IMG/VR virus record: IMGVR_UViG_3300021093_000041
Span: 15,814-79,813 of that record
Strand: one strand, 5' to 3'
DNA from: a virus
Length of the DNA: 64,000 bases
A model generated the notes under the pieces. That model had not been told where the DNA came from and ran no database searches. It worked only from the letters and a program-made list of their open reading frames with translations. Shown piece by piece: positions 39,029 to 48,657 of the stretch (positions within the stretch are counted from its first letter, which is position 1; each line of letters begins with the position of its first letter). The position numbers and the translations under genes are program-made.

Positions 39029-39988
39029 ATGTGGTATGCTCATAAATATTCTGATATATGGTTAGTACCGAGTAAATGTGCTGTTGAATCGCGTTCTCAA
39101 GCACAAACCGATGTCAACTTTGGAGGTTACCGGTTTAAAGTACCGGTTGTACCAGCAAATATGCTTTGCTCAATAGATGAGCGAACTAGTGATACGCTTA
39201 TAAGTAACGATTATTTTTACATCTATCATAGATTTGGTGACACGCTACAATTTTGTAGAAATAAAGTAGAGCAAAAGCAAATTATATCAATAAGCCTCGG
39301 TGTCAAACGGGAAGATCATCATTTAATTGAAACATTAAATGATTATGAAATTGTCCCTGATTATATTACAATAGATATAGCCCATGGTCATGCACCAAGT
39401 GTGGTTGCAACAATACACAAAATTAGACATGAGTTTGGTAAAACACCATTTATTATTGCTGGAAATGTATGTACATCAGATGGTGTAAAATATTTGGAAG
39501 ACGGTGGGGCTGATGCTGTTAAAGTTGGTATAGGTCAAGGTAAAGCGTGCACTACAAAATACAAAACCGGGTTTACAGTTCCAATGTTCACGTGTGTTCA
39601 AGAATGTGCAACCGCTGCAAAAGTACCATTAATTGCAGACGGTGGTATTGAACATAATGGTGATATAACTAAAGCTTTAGTTGCAGGTGCGACAATGGTA
39701 ATGGCGGGTGGTATGTTTGCCTCATTGTATGATAGCCCTGCCCCTTCATTACAAACTGGTGAAAAAGAGTATTTTGGATCTGCAAGTGCAAGAACCAAGA
39801 CTCATATTAGTAAGTCGTTAAAAAATATTGAAGGTACCACAAAACATATACCTGAGAATAAAATGACTTACTTAGAAAAAATGATTGAGATTCAAGAAGA
39901 TCTTCAAAGTTCAATTTCATACGCAGGTGGTATTGATTGCTCTTGTTTAACTTCGGTTGACTATAGAATACACCCTGAATCTACTTAA
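39029..39988 (+). CDS. guaC: GMP reductase
   Basis: PVVPANM, HRF, IDIAHGH, IAGNV, KVGIGQGKACTT, ADGGI, EYFGSAS, DLQSSISYAGG. Confidence 0.9.
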   Translation: MWYAHKYSDIWLVPSKCAVESRSQAQTDVNFGGYRFKVPVVPANMLCSIDERTSDTLISNDYFYIYHRFGDTLQFCRNKVEQKQIISISLGVKREDHHLIETLNDYEIVPDYITIDIAHGHAPSVVATIHKIRHEFGKTPFIIAGNVCTSDGVKYLEDGGADAVKVGIGQGKACTTKYKTGFTVPMFTCVQECATAAKVPLIADGGIEHNGDITKALVAGATMVMAGGMFASLYDSPAPSLQTGEKEYFGSASARTKTHISKSLKNIEGTTKHIPENKMTYLEKMIEIQEDLQSSISYAGGIDCSCLTSVDYRIHPEST

Positions 39989-42270
39989 CCTTTATATTCA
40001 TTTATAATAGGTAAAGCTGGGTTAATAGATGTATTGTTGTTTAACTTAGCAGACAATCTTACTTGATCGTTACCGCTAACTAATTTTAGCGGTATATTTT
40101 TGAAATGATGTGAATGATCATAACATTGTACTATGTTATCATTACTATCATCTATCAATTCAAGTTTAATTATGTTTTCAGGGTCATCATTTACTCTAGC
40201 AAAAAATGTTGTACCTTTAAGTAACTTACCAAATAAGCGTACAAGTTCGGTAGCTTGTATTTCATATGGAGCTGTAATGTGATTTACAGATAGTTCACCG
40301 TCTACGTGCATACCACCGCGTATTATTGCATTACCATTAACACCAAAGTTACTATCTACCAATACCTGACCACCTAGTTTATTTTTTAAAATAATAATGT
40401 TGGATTCAAGTAATAACCTACTTTCTGCATTAATATTTACTTCAGTTTCAGCAGAAATATTTACTTGAACACCGCCAATATTAGTTATTGTACCTGATAT
40501 ATTAACAGGTCCATATGATTTAAGATTCATACCCCCTGCGCCTACATTTAAAGTATACCTGTTACATACATTTAAGGTATAATTACCACCAGGTAAATCG
40601 TCTACATGTACATACTCTATTAAAGGTGACTCTCTTTTTGATATATATACACCTAAATCATCTATTAAAACTTCATTAGGGTATATTTTACCAATGTTAT
40701 CAACACGTATATTACCAAAATCATTCATAACTAAACCGACTGTTTCAACTTTATGTTTAGTTATATCAACTATATAATTACCACCGATACCCATTTTATC
40801 TTCAGTTTTAGCTAACTCTATAATTTTATCATTGTAAAGATTTCTAAGATTATTGTAATCTTTTAATGTTTCAGTAACCCAATCACCGTTCATTGAACTT
40901 GGGCTTATACCAGTACCATTACAAACGGGACATCTTGAAACCGGTGGTAAGAGTCTTTTTGTTGCAGATGATCCAACTAAAGGGTCAGTAATTTTAACGT
41001 AATCAACCACCTCGTTATCTGTATCATTTATAATAGGTATATCTTCTTGAAATGATGATGTATTATTAATTAATATATATTCATTACCTTTTGCACCATT
41101 ACACACCGGGCATTTAGCAAATTTACCTTCTCTTGACTGTAGTGTGCTTGTATATTTTATATATTCCGAGTCAATTTTTTGAGCTCTACGGATATCAAAT
41201 AGTTGTTTAATATTAGCAAATCCTGTTACTATATTTTTCCATTCACTAAAAGCTGTATTATTTAAATTACCAATTTTTAAATAATAATCACCTTTTATAT
41301 TTTTATCTTCATCTCTACCGATATATACGTTTCTATTACCTTTAACCGTATAAAACTGGTCATTCAAAACCATTTTCTGGTCGTTATTAGTAGCTAATTC
41401 AACAGTTGTACCATTAGTAAACCCTTTAAAACTACCGCTTGCATGAGATAACTTAACTGATTCACGGTTATCGCTATTAATAAATTCAAGCGAACCACCT
41501 TTCTGATTAATAAGATACTTGTTTCGATACTGTTCTAAATTAGGTGTATTTTCCGTTACCGGGTTGTTTTCAAATGAACCGGGATAATCTAAACCCGTTT
41601 GATCGTTAAATAGGTAGATATTATTCCAGTCTTGTTCACCGAAAACTGCTGCAAAATAAACCGGGTAATGGGGATCACCGTCATAAAAAAATACCCATAA
41701 ATGGCTACCTACAGCTGGCACACAAAAACTGCCTTTTGCTTTATTAGCGTACACTGACGGTGTATATTCGTGTGCGTATATATTAGCTTGATTAACGTTA
41801 TTTTCTTTTGGATCACTAAACGGGTCACTTAGCTTAGTTCTATATTTTTCGTATAACGCACCTTCTTTTTCACCGGTACCATCAGTGGTAGTATTTTGTG
41901 AATTATTTAACGGGTCTGGTGAACTTTGAAATCCAGATAACCCGAAAAAACTACTATCAGATGTTGAAGCATAATCACGACTATTATTATATCTACCAGA
42001 TGTATTTTCACCAATTAAAGGTGATGCACAAATCGACCATGGTAATATCTCTTTTAGATCTTGTACTATAATACTTAAATCACTATTAATATTTTTACCT
42101 AAAAATTTAAATTTTTTATCTTGCGATAGTTCATTCCACCTTTTATACACTGTAGGGGATATATGAGGTACATATACTTTAACACGACCTTTACCTAAAG
42201 GGTCGTTGTTTTGTATTACTATACCTACATAATTACCGTAAAACTTTTGTTGATGTATTATATTTTGCAT
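39985..42270 (-). CDS. Baseplate central spike/hub (gp5/VgrG-like)
   Basis: OB-fold DPLGKGRVKV...PAVGSHLWVFFYDGDPHYPVYF; beta-helix repeats VKGNRNVYIG; C-terminal HSHHF. Confidence 0.8.
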   Translation of the reverse strand: MQNIIHQQKFYGNYVGIVIQNNDPLGKGRVKVYVPHISPTVYKRWNELSQDKKFKFLGKNINSDLSIIVQDLKEILPWSICASPLIGENTSGRYNNSRDYASTSDSSFFGLSGFQSSPDPLNNSQNTTTDGTGEKEGALYEKYRTKLSDPFSDPKENNVNQANIYAHEYTPSVYANKAKGSFCVPAVGSHLWVFFYDGDPHYPVYFAAVFGEQDWNNIYLFNDQTGLDYPGSFENNPVTENTPNLEQYRNKYLINQKGGSLEFINSDNRESVKLSHASGSFKGFTNGTTVELATNNDQKMVLNDQFYTVKGNRNVYIGRDEDKNIKGDYYLKIGNLNNTAFSEWKNIVTGFANIKQLFDIRRAQKIDSEYIKYTSTLQSREGKFAKCPVCNGAKGNEYILINNTSSFQEDIPIINDTDNEVVDYVKITDPLVGSSATKRLLPPVSRCPVCNGTGISPSSMNGDWVTETLKDYNNLRNLYNDKIIELAKTEDKMGIGGNYIVDITKHKVETVGLVMNDFGNIRVDNIGKIYPNEVLIDDLGVYISKRESPLIEYVHVDDLPGGNYTLNVCNRYTLNVGAGGMNLKSYGPVNISGTITNIGGVQVNISAETEVNINAESRLLLESNIIILKNKLGGQVLVDSNFGVNGNAIIRGGMHVDGELSVNHITAPYEIQATELVRLFGKLLKGTTFFARVNDDPENIIKLELIDDSNDNIVQCYDHSHHFKNIPLKLVSGNDQVRLSAKLNNNTSINPALPIINEYKG

Positions 42271-43622
42271 TGCGTTGGTAGATCTTCTAGTTTAGAAATG
42301 GTAAATTGTGGTAATAAGTCAGTTTTAAACGCGCCATTTAAAAATTCCCCTAATATTAATTTAGCAGCATCATTAGGGTTTTGCGTACCACCGTAAGCTG
42401 TATATGCACCATCTAGACCGTACCTAAATGAACCACCTAATTTAGTGGTGGGTAATTCTTGACCTTTCTTGGTGTATACAAGTTTGTAAAACCAATCTAT
42501 TTTAACTGTATGGTTTCTATCGTCAATTACACTTATTCGCCAAATTCTTTTAGTGTCGCTGACAATTGTTAAAATTAATTCCATATCACAACCTGCTTTT
42601 TCTTGTCCTATATCAAACTTTTGGTTAGATTTAATTGTGCTTAAATTTACTTTATCAATTAAAGCTTTATAACCATCCTGAAATAAAAGGTTTATTTTCT
42701 TATTTGAATAACCGTTACCGTTAAAAACAAACAGCACTTCATCGTCTGGTGTTGTTTCATCAAAGGTATATTGAAGTTGTAATGTACCAGTTATTTCAAA
42801 TGGTATAGCTGGTTCCTCTTCAACTTTTGTTATAGCAGGAACTGTTTGTTGTGCAGTTTTAACAGGTTCAACTTTTTGCTCGACTTTCTTTTCAGTTTTT
42901 GTTTGTAAATTTGTTGTACTTGTTTGCACCGCAGCTGCAGTTGCTTGCTGTTGTTTAACTGGTGATGTAGCTAATTCTTTTTTCTGGGTAGGTGTAGATA
43001 CAGATAATTCATCACAACCAAGAAATTTACTAACACTTAAATCACCGATTTCAATAGTTGATGTTATTGATGTGGTGATATCATTTATAGTACCAAACAC
43101 TGTTTGTTCAAGACTCACTGCAGCAGCAGTTAATTCTTTAAGAACATTATTAAATATTTCACCTATACTTACTTTAGGTACATCAGGTAAATTAGGTATT
43201 TCTAATGGTAAGCCAAATGGTAAAGTGAATATACCAATTATATCTTTCAATTTTTGACCTATACATGCAAGCATGTCTGGTTTATTTGATTCTACTGCAC
43301 TGGAAATACTATCTTTATAATTAGGTGCTGCTGAATTATTTTGAATAAAGTTATTCGATTCTAATTTTTGTAAATTATTGATATTATTTGTAGTTGTTTG
43401 TTTTAATTGTTTTTCCTTTTTTTGAACTTGTTTTTTAACGCTAAAAGTTTCAGGTGCATTTTGCGAATCGTAATAGGCTTGTAAAACACCGGGGTCTTTT
43501 TTACCAGTTTTTTTATCATATAAAGCTATAGCTGTTGTACCATCGGTAAATTTAAACCAAACTCGGATTAAATTACGATCCCATTTTTTAACGGTAAAGC
43601 TTTGTATTTCTTTATCAGCCAT
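42258..43622 (-). CDS. Hypothetical late protein (baseplate-associated by position)
   Basis: 454 aa ORF overlapping the gp5-like gene; TAAATA 6 nt upstream. Confidence 0.55.
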   Translation of the reverse strand: MADKEIQSFTVKKWDRNLIRVWFKFTDGTTAIALYDKKTGKKDPGVLQAYYDSQNAPETFSVKKQVQKKEKQLKQTTTNNINNLQKLESNNFIQNNSAAPNYKDSISSAVESNKPDMLACIGQKLKDIIGIFTLPFGLPLEIPNLPDVPKVSIGEIFNNVLKELTAAAVSLEQTVFGTINDITTSITSTIEIGDLSVSKFLGCDELSVSTPTQKKELATSPVKQQQATAAAVQTSTTNLQTKTEKKVEQKVEPVKTAQQTVPAITKVEEEPAIPFEITGTLQLQYTFDETTPDDEVLFVFNGNGYSNKKINLLFQDGYKALIDKVNLSTIKSNQKFDIGQEKAGCDMELILTIVSDTKRIWRISVIDDRNHTVKIDWFYKLVYTKKGQELPTTKLGGSFRYGLDGAYTAYGGTQNPNDAAKLILGEFLNGAFKTDLLPQFTISKLEDLPTQCKI

Positions 43623-43703
43623 TATATATATTTAATCGTAAATGGGGTAATACAAACTCATAATAAAACTTGAATTTAATAGTGATTTATAATATATTAT
43701 GGT

Positions 43704-44645
43704 ATGGCTGAAATTGATAATACAAATGTATCAAAAGTGTTAGGACGTATTGTAGATTACCCTCAAAACTACGATAAGAGTATCCTAGTACGTGAACCTA
43801 GACAAAGTAATAGAGTTCATTTAAACATTGCTGACGACATACCACCTTTTATAGGGTATGATGTGTGGAATGCATATGAGGTGAGTGCATTAACAATCAA
43901 AGGCTTACCTGTTGCAGGTATACTTAAAATTGTTTACAAAGCAACTAATAATTATATTGTTGAGAGTAAAAGTTTGAAGCTCTACCTTAACAGTTTTAAT
44001 ATGTTTAAAGTCGGTGAGACTTCTGAACAAACAATTTACTTTATTGAAAAAACTGTTGAGGCTGATCTATCTACATTGTTGGAAACAACAGTTAAGTGTA
44101 GATTTTATACTACCACTGAGGTTAATAATTTTATTAAAAATGGTTATGAAATGGATCATTGTTGGCATGCATTTCCAACAATTGAAAACCGTTTTAATTT
44201 GGATGATGTGGAAATTACTCAATTTCAAGAAGATAAAACTTTACTAACATCTATGTTTCAGTATAAAAGTGCTGAACCTAAATCATTACCTATACAAGCA
44301 TATCATAGTAGTTTACTCAAGAGTAACTGCAGAGTTACACGTCAACCTGATTGGGGTGATGTCTTTATTGAAATGCAAGCACAAGATGCAATCGATCCAA
44401 TTGGTCTTGCAAAGTATATTGTATCATTTAGAGATGAATGCCATTTTCACGAAGAAATTTGTGAAACAATTTTCAAAAGATTGTATGATCGTTTCCAACC
44501 TTATTCATTAATGGTTAAATGTCTTTATACCAGACGTGGTGGTATTGATATTTGCCCTATACGTGCAACTAAAAATTACACGTTATTGGATAAATCACCA
44601 TTTGTTGATATAGATGTACCTTACTGTAAAACCCCTCGACAGTAA
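43704..44645 (+). CDS. queF: NADPH-dependent preQ0 reductase QueF (bimodular type)
   Basis: DVWNAYEVS, IVESKSLKLYLNSF, LLKSNCRVTRQPDWG, FHEEICE, YTRRGGIDI. Confidence 0.93.
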   Translation: MAEIDNTNVSKVLGRIVDYPQNYDKSILVREPRQSNRVHLNIADDIPPFIGYDVWNAYEVSALTIKGLPVAGILKIVYKATNNYIVESKSLKLYLNSFNMFKVGETSEQTIYFIEKTVEADLSTLLETTVKCRFYTTTEVNNFIKNGYEMDHCWHAFPTIENRFNLDDVEITQFQEDKTLLTSMFQYKSAEPKSLPIQAYHSSLLKSNCRVTRQPDWGDVFIEMQAQDAIDPIGLAKYIVSFRDECHFHEEICETIFKRLYDRFQPYSLMVKCLYTRRGGIDICPIRATKNYTLLDKSPFVDIDVPYCKTPRQ

Positions 44646-44655
44646 ATATACCGAT

Positions 44656-44689
44656 AAAAAAAGAGCGTACCTTTCGGTACGCTCTTTTT
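44656..44689. terminator. Bidirectional terminator between queF and gene 23
   Basis: A7-GAGCGTACC-tttc-GGTACGCTC-T5. Confidence 0.88.
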
Positions 44690-44709
44690 GTTTATATTGA
44701 CTACTTCGC

Positions 44710-46182
44710 TTAGAAGTAAACAACTTGCTGACCTGGTGCGAATGCAACACCGAGATCCTTGACGATGATTGTATGGTAATACAAATCAGCACCAAAGATG
44801 TTGTCAACGACACCGTAACGTGTTAAGAGACCAACACGTGGTGAGAAGTCGTTAGGACCGATTGTACGCTGTACCATTACTGGTATGTATGGGCAGTAGA
44901 TAATACCTGTGTCGTAGAACTCAGGGCCTTTGTAACCAAGTAATGCATATTCAACATTACGTGTTGAGCTATAACCACTATTAGAATAGAAGCTGGACTG
45001 AGCTTCTGTACGTGTGTCGCGGTAAACATTAAAACGACCACCGAGTGAGCCAATCTTGGCGACACCAACTGGTTGTGTGTTTACGTTACCTTGTACAGGT
45101 ACCCATTGGAACTCAGGTAACATTTCAAGGATTGCTGAAACACGTGGTGTGCAAACGATAAAGTTTGCAGAACCTCTACGGTTACGAACAGCAATTCTGT
45201 TAGCCTGGATTATGATTTGCTGGTAGAAGTCACGATTACGTTCAACTAACCAACGACCGTCCGCTGATGCTGGGCTCCAAAGTGAGTAACCAATGTTGAA
45301 ACCAGCGTTAAGAGAAATTTGAACCATTCTCATTAACATTTCGCGGTCAATTTCAGCCTGAATTTCGTAGCTCATCGCATTGGTTAATTCAGTGTCGATA
45401 TCGATACCGTTCATGTTCTTGAGATCTTGCTCAAGTTCAACTGACCAGCGAGCTGCTAACCTACGGGTACCAGCTTCGACTGCTGTCTTTTCAAACGATG
45501 TTACGATCTGAGGAATCCTACCAGTTAACTCGAAGTTAGCAAGTAACTGTGCAACACCTTGATCTGTAGCAAGATATTGGAAATCAGAACCTGAACCAAG
45601 ACCAGACAATGCTAATGAGCTTGTACCTGTGAATCTTGAGTCAAGATACTGATAACCAATTTCCTTACCATCGGATTGATTTTGTGGTTCGAGGTTGATT
45701 GTACCTGTTGCTGATGGCTGACCGTCAACACCGTTGCCGAGTGCTTCTGATTCGTATTTATAACGAATGGCGAATGCAAGACCTACCGGACCTGACATTG
45801 GCTGAACACCAACGATTTCGTTAGTGATAAGCTCAGGGAAGGTACGACGGATCATTGGGATAAGAATCTTAGGCAATCTGAAATCACCAGTTGCATAAGT
45901 ATCACCTTGGGCATAGCTGTTTGGTATTTGGTTACCAAACTGGCCGACGTTTACAGAGCCGTTTGAAAATACCGAGCCAGTACCACCAGCTACGTTATTT
46001 CCCTCTGTTAAGCACCACTTCTCTTGATTTTCTAAGAGACAAGCGGTTGTATATCTCTGATGGTCGTCAGAGATTGGTTTTACGTTATCTGAAGTGTAGT
46101 CCAATACAGGGGACCACTTCTCGAGAAGAGCCTTAGCACGGCTCATATCGATGAACGAGTTATTTGGTCTTATTTGGTTCAT
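44710..46182 (-). CDS. 23: Major capsid protein (T4 gp23)
   Basis: LLEKWSPVLD, LLENQ, IVGVQPMSGPVGLAFAIRYKY, RRLAARWSVELEQDLK, YCPYIP, TRYG. Confidence 0.97.
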   Translation of the reverse strand: MNQIRPNNSFIDMSRAKALLEKWSPVLDYTSDNVKPISDDHQRYTTACLLENQEKWCLTEGNNVAGGTGSVFSNGSVNVGQFGNQIPNSYAQGDTYATGDFRLPKILIPMIRRTFPELITNEIVGVQPMSGPVGLAFAIRYKYESEALGNGVDGQPSATGTINLEPQNQSDGKEIGYQYLDSRFTGTSSLALSGLGSGSDFQYLATDQGVAQLLANFELTGRIPQIVTSFEKTAVEAGTRRLAARWSVELEQDLKNMNGIDIDTELTNAMSYEIQAEIDREMLMRMVQISLNAGFNIGYSLWSPASADGRWLVERNRDFYQQIIIQANRIAVRNRRGSANFIVCTPRVSAILEMLPEFQWVPVQGNVNTQPVGVAKIGSLGGRFNVYRDTRTEAQSSFYSNSGYSSTRNVEYALLGYKGPEFYDTGIIYCPYIPVMVQRTIGPNDFSPRVGLLTRYGVVDNIFGADLYYHTIIVKDLGVAFAPGQQVVYF

Positions 46183-46278
46183 ATTTAGTTATGGGTTAAA
46201 ATTTAAAAACATATACTATGTGTATAGTACATATCAGAACTATAAGAAACCGTCCTATAGCTCTCAAGTAAGTTGAAA

Positions 46279-47151
46279 TTAATATCTTGTCAACTCAGTA
46301 AGATATAAACTAGCAACAGGGTTGTCTTGCTGTGATTGTGTTGGTTGTACCGACTCCTCAACTACAACACGATCAACAGTTGTTGACGTAGCCTGTTGTT
46401 TAGCTTCTTCTGTGAGGCCTTGAAGTTTTTCCTCTTCTCTCTTATCAAACATTGAAACGGTGTAATCAAAGTTTTCCTTTATAAAGTCATATGACTTATT
46501 ACTAAGGATCTTTTTGATGTAACCCTTTTTATCGTCTGACAAGGTAGCAGTTTTTTGCTCAAGATACAATTTTGCTTTTAAATTAGCATTTTCTTGTTCT
46601 GTTGCAATAAACTTGCTCTTCAAGTCCTCAAGCTCGCTATGAGCTTCATTTATTTGATTCTTACCATCCAAAATTGCTTCACGTACACTCTCTTTAGCAA
46701 TTGCTAAATCAACACCAAGTGCAGAACGTATTGAGTTCAACATGGTGTTTGCACGCTTGTTTTCTACAGCTTGGAGAATTGCATCTTGTGGTACCAATTT
46801 TTCAAGATATAATTCCATATAGTCGCTGATTTTTGTAACTAAAGAAGTTCTGAAATTGTTTGCTTCTTCATTTAAAGCTCCCTCGTACTTCGTGATAACT
46901 TTCTTTAATTTATTGGTGTGATTAAGTTCGATAGCTTCGACCACTTTTTTAAGTTTGTTAGAGTGATCAGCATCTAAAGCATCAAGAAATTTTTCTAATG
47001 CGACAGAATACTCTTCATCTTGTTCATTGAGAGCTTTTTCAACATGAAGCTTGACTTTTTCATTAAAGTGTTGCTCAAGCTTGCTTAAGGATTCTTCAGT
47101 GAGAACTTCCTTAACATCATCTGTGAGTGCATCTTTGATTTCTTTATTCAT
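46279..47151 (-). CDS. 22: Prohead core scaffold (T4 gp22)
   Basis: Acidic coiled coil between protease and capsid genes; KISDYMELYLE. Confidence 0.8.
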   Translation of the reverse strand: MNKEIKDALTDDVKEVLTEESLSKLEQHFNEKVKLHVEKALNEQDEEYSVALEKFLDALDADHSNKLKKVVEAIELNHTNKLKKVITKYEGALNEEANNFRTSLVTKISDYMELYLEKLVPQDAILQAVENKRANTMLNSIRSALGVDLAIAKESVREAILDGKNQINEAHSELEDLKSKFIATEQENANLKAKLYLEQKTATLSDDKKGYIKKILSNKSYDFIKENFDYTVSMFDKREEEKLQGLTEEAKQQATSTTVDRVVVEESVQPTQSQQDNPVASLYLTELTRY

Positions 47152-47168
47152 AATTTAAATTGGTTGTT

Positions 47169-47303
47169 TTACTTAACTTTATCAGCTGCTTTTTTGATTT
47201 TAGCTTTAAGTTTAGCTTCAACTAATTGCTGTAAATATTTATTAGCTTCAGCATACTTTTCCTCCAAAATTGCTGAAATAAAATTATGGTAATTTTTTGT
47301 CAT
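47169..47303 (-). CDS. Small prohead core protein (gp67-like, 44 aa, not in ORF track)
   Basis: MTKNYHNFISAILEEKYAEANKYLQQLVEAKLKAKIKKAADKVK*; TATAAATA just upstream. Confidence 0.65.
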   Translation of the reverse strand: MTKNYHNFISAILEEKYAEANKYLQQLVEAKLKAKIKKAADKVK

Positions 47304-47311
47304 AATATTAT

Positions 47312-47983
47312 TTATAATTTAGCGCTAATTTTATCAATAAATGCTGTTATTTGCTCAAGAAAATATTTTTCTCTATTGTTTCTTGGTAATTTAGAGATTT
47401 TCTCTTCGAATTTTGAGTAAGCCTCTTCTAATTCGCCTTTGGTGTTTAAGACCCATTGCTTAGATTCAAGTATACCATTTACAAATGCTTTTGGACAAGA
47501 AGGGTCAGCTACACAATCAATTGCTACTAACTTAACATCGCTTACTCTGCTTATACCGTTAGACTCTTGACACAATTGGCCAAGTGCTCTAGTACTCATA
47601 CCCATTGTTACACCATCTTGGATTAACGATCTTACAATTAATCCCATTGGGGTACTTAATACTTTAGACTTACCATGGTAAAATTTACCCTCGTTTTTAA
47701 GCTCCACAACCATGTGGCAAGCTCTTTCAGGGTTAACCTCAACAGACGTTGGGTGATTTAATTCACCCATACTGCGTTTCGTTTCAATCATTTCCTTTAT
47801 ATAACGACCAACTTCAGCTCTCATTTCATCTGCAGGATAATATCTTTTATTACGATTGGTTTCGTCTACCATTATATAAGGACCTTTGATATATAATGTT
47901 GAAGGAGAATTAGGACTTTTCTCTTCAAGTATATACTCAAATTGCTCTTTTGGAGCTGGTGTCTCAATAAGTAATCTAAACAT
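47312..47983 (-). CDS. 21: Prohead protease (T4 gp21)
   Basis: LYIKGPY, NRNKRYYP, GELNHP, TPMG, GMSTRALG, DCVADPS. Confidence 0.94.
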   Translation of the reverse strand: MFRLLIETPAPKEQFEYILEEKSPNSPSTLYIKGPYIMVDETNRNKRYYPADEMRAEVGRYIKEMIETKRSMGELNHPTSVEVNPERACHMVVELKNEGKFYHGKSKVLSTPMGLIVRSLIQDGVTMGMSTRALGQLCQESNGISRVSDVKLVAIDCVADPSCPKAFVNGILESKQWVLNTKGELEEAYSKFEEKISKLPRNNREKYFLEQITAFIDKISAKL

Positions 47984-48036
47984 TTAAAATATTTATTGTT
48001 TTACAGTGGTTTATTTAACAATTTTAGTTTTTATAT

Positions 48037-48651
48037 TTATTCAATATCTGGGTCTTCCCTATTTGGATCTTCAGGTTGTATAAAATCGCGACTTCCATGA
48101 ATATCTGATAAAGTTTTACCTACAATTTGACCCACCTCATTTAATGAATTTACTTTATACCAGTCCTGCGGATCAGTGCTAGTTTTATAAAAAACTGCAT
48201 GTATAGGTTCCTTATAGTGATTACCATCCCCGTAATAAAGATAATCAACTGCACCATCATCAATTAATCGATTTATAATTAATTTTGCGGTTTTATCGTC
48301 AACACCACCATCACCGATTAATTCTTTATATACAGACTCAAGATTATGAACTACCGTGACAATATCTTCACCATCTGTACAACTAAAAACTATATCTTTT
48401 TTTGGTGATAATACTAACGCTTTTTTAAAACTAACTTCTTCAGGTTCATACACTTCAATATATTCTAATGATTCCTTATCACCGACAATTTCTATTGCAC
48501 CTTGTAATAATATTTTAGGTAATTGTTGCGCCAAAACAGTTGTTATTTTTGATTGAGAAATATCTCTATCGGAATATGAAATAGAAATGTAAGCTTTATT
48601 ATCGATAGCTTTTAAAAATGCTTCGAATATTAATTTAGTATCTTTATTCAT
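48037..48651 (-). CDS. Hypothetical protein
   Basis: 204 aa; N-terminal MNKDTKLIFEAF. Confidence 0.55.
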   Translation of the reverse strand: MNKDTKLIFEAFLKAIDNKAYISISYSDRDISQSKITTVLAQQLPKILLQGAIEIVGDKESLEYIEVYEPEEVSFKKALVLSPKKDIVFSCTDGEDIVTVVHNLESVYKELIGDGGVDDKTAKLIINRLIDDGAVDYLYYGDGNHYKEPIHAVFYKTSTDPQDWYKVNSLNEVGQIVGKTLSDIHGSRDFIQPEDPNREDPDIE

Positions 48652-48657
48652 AACATT

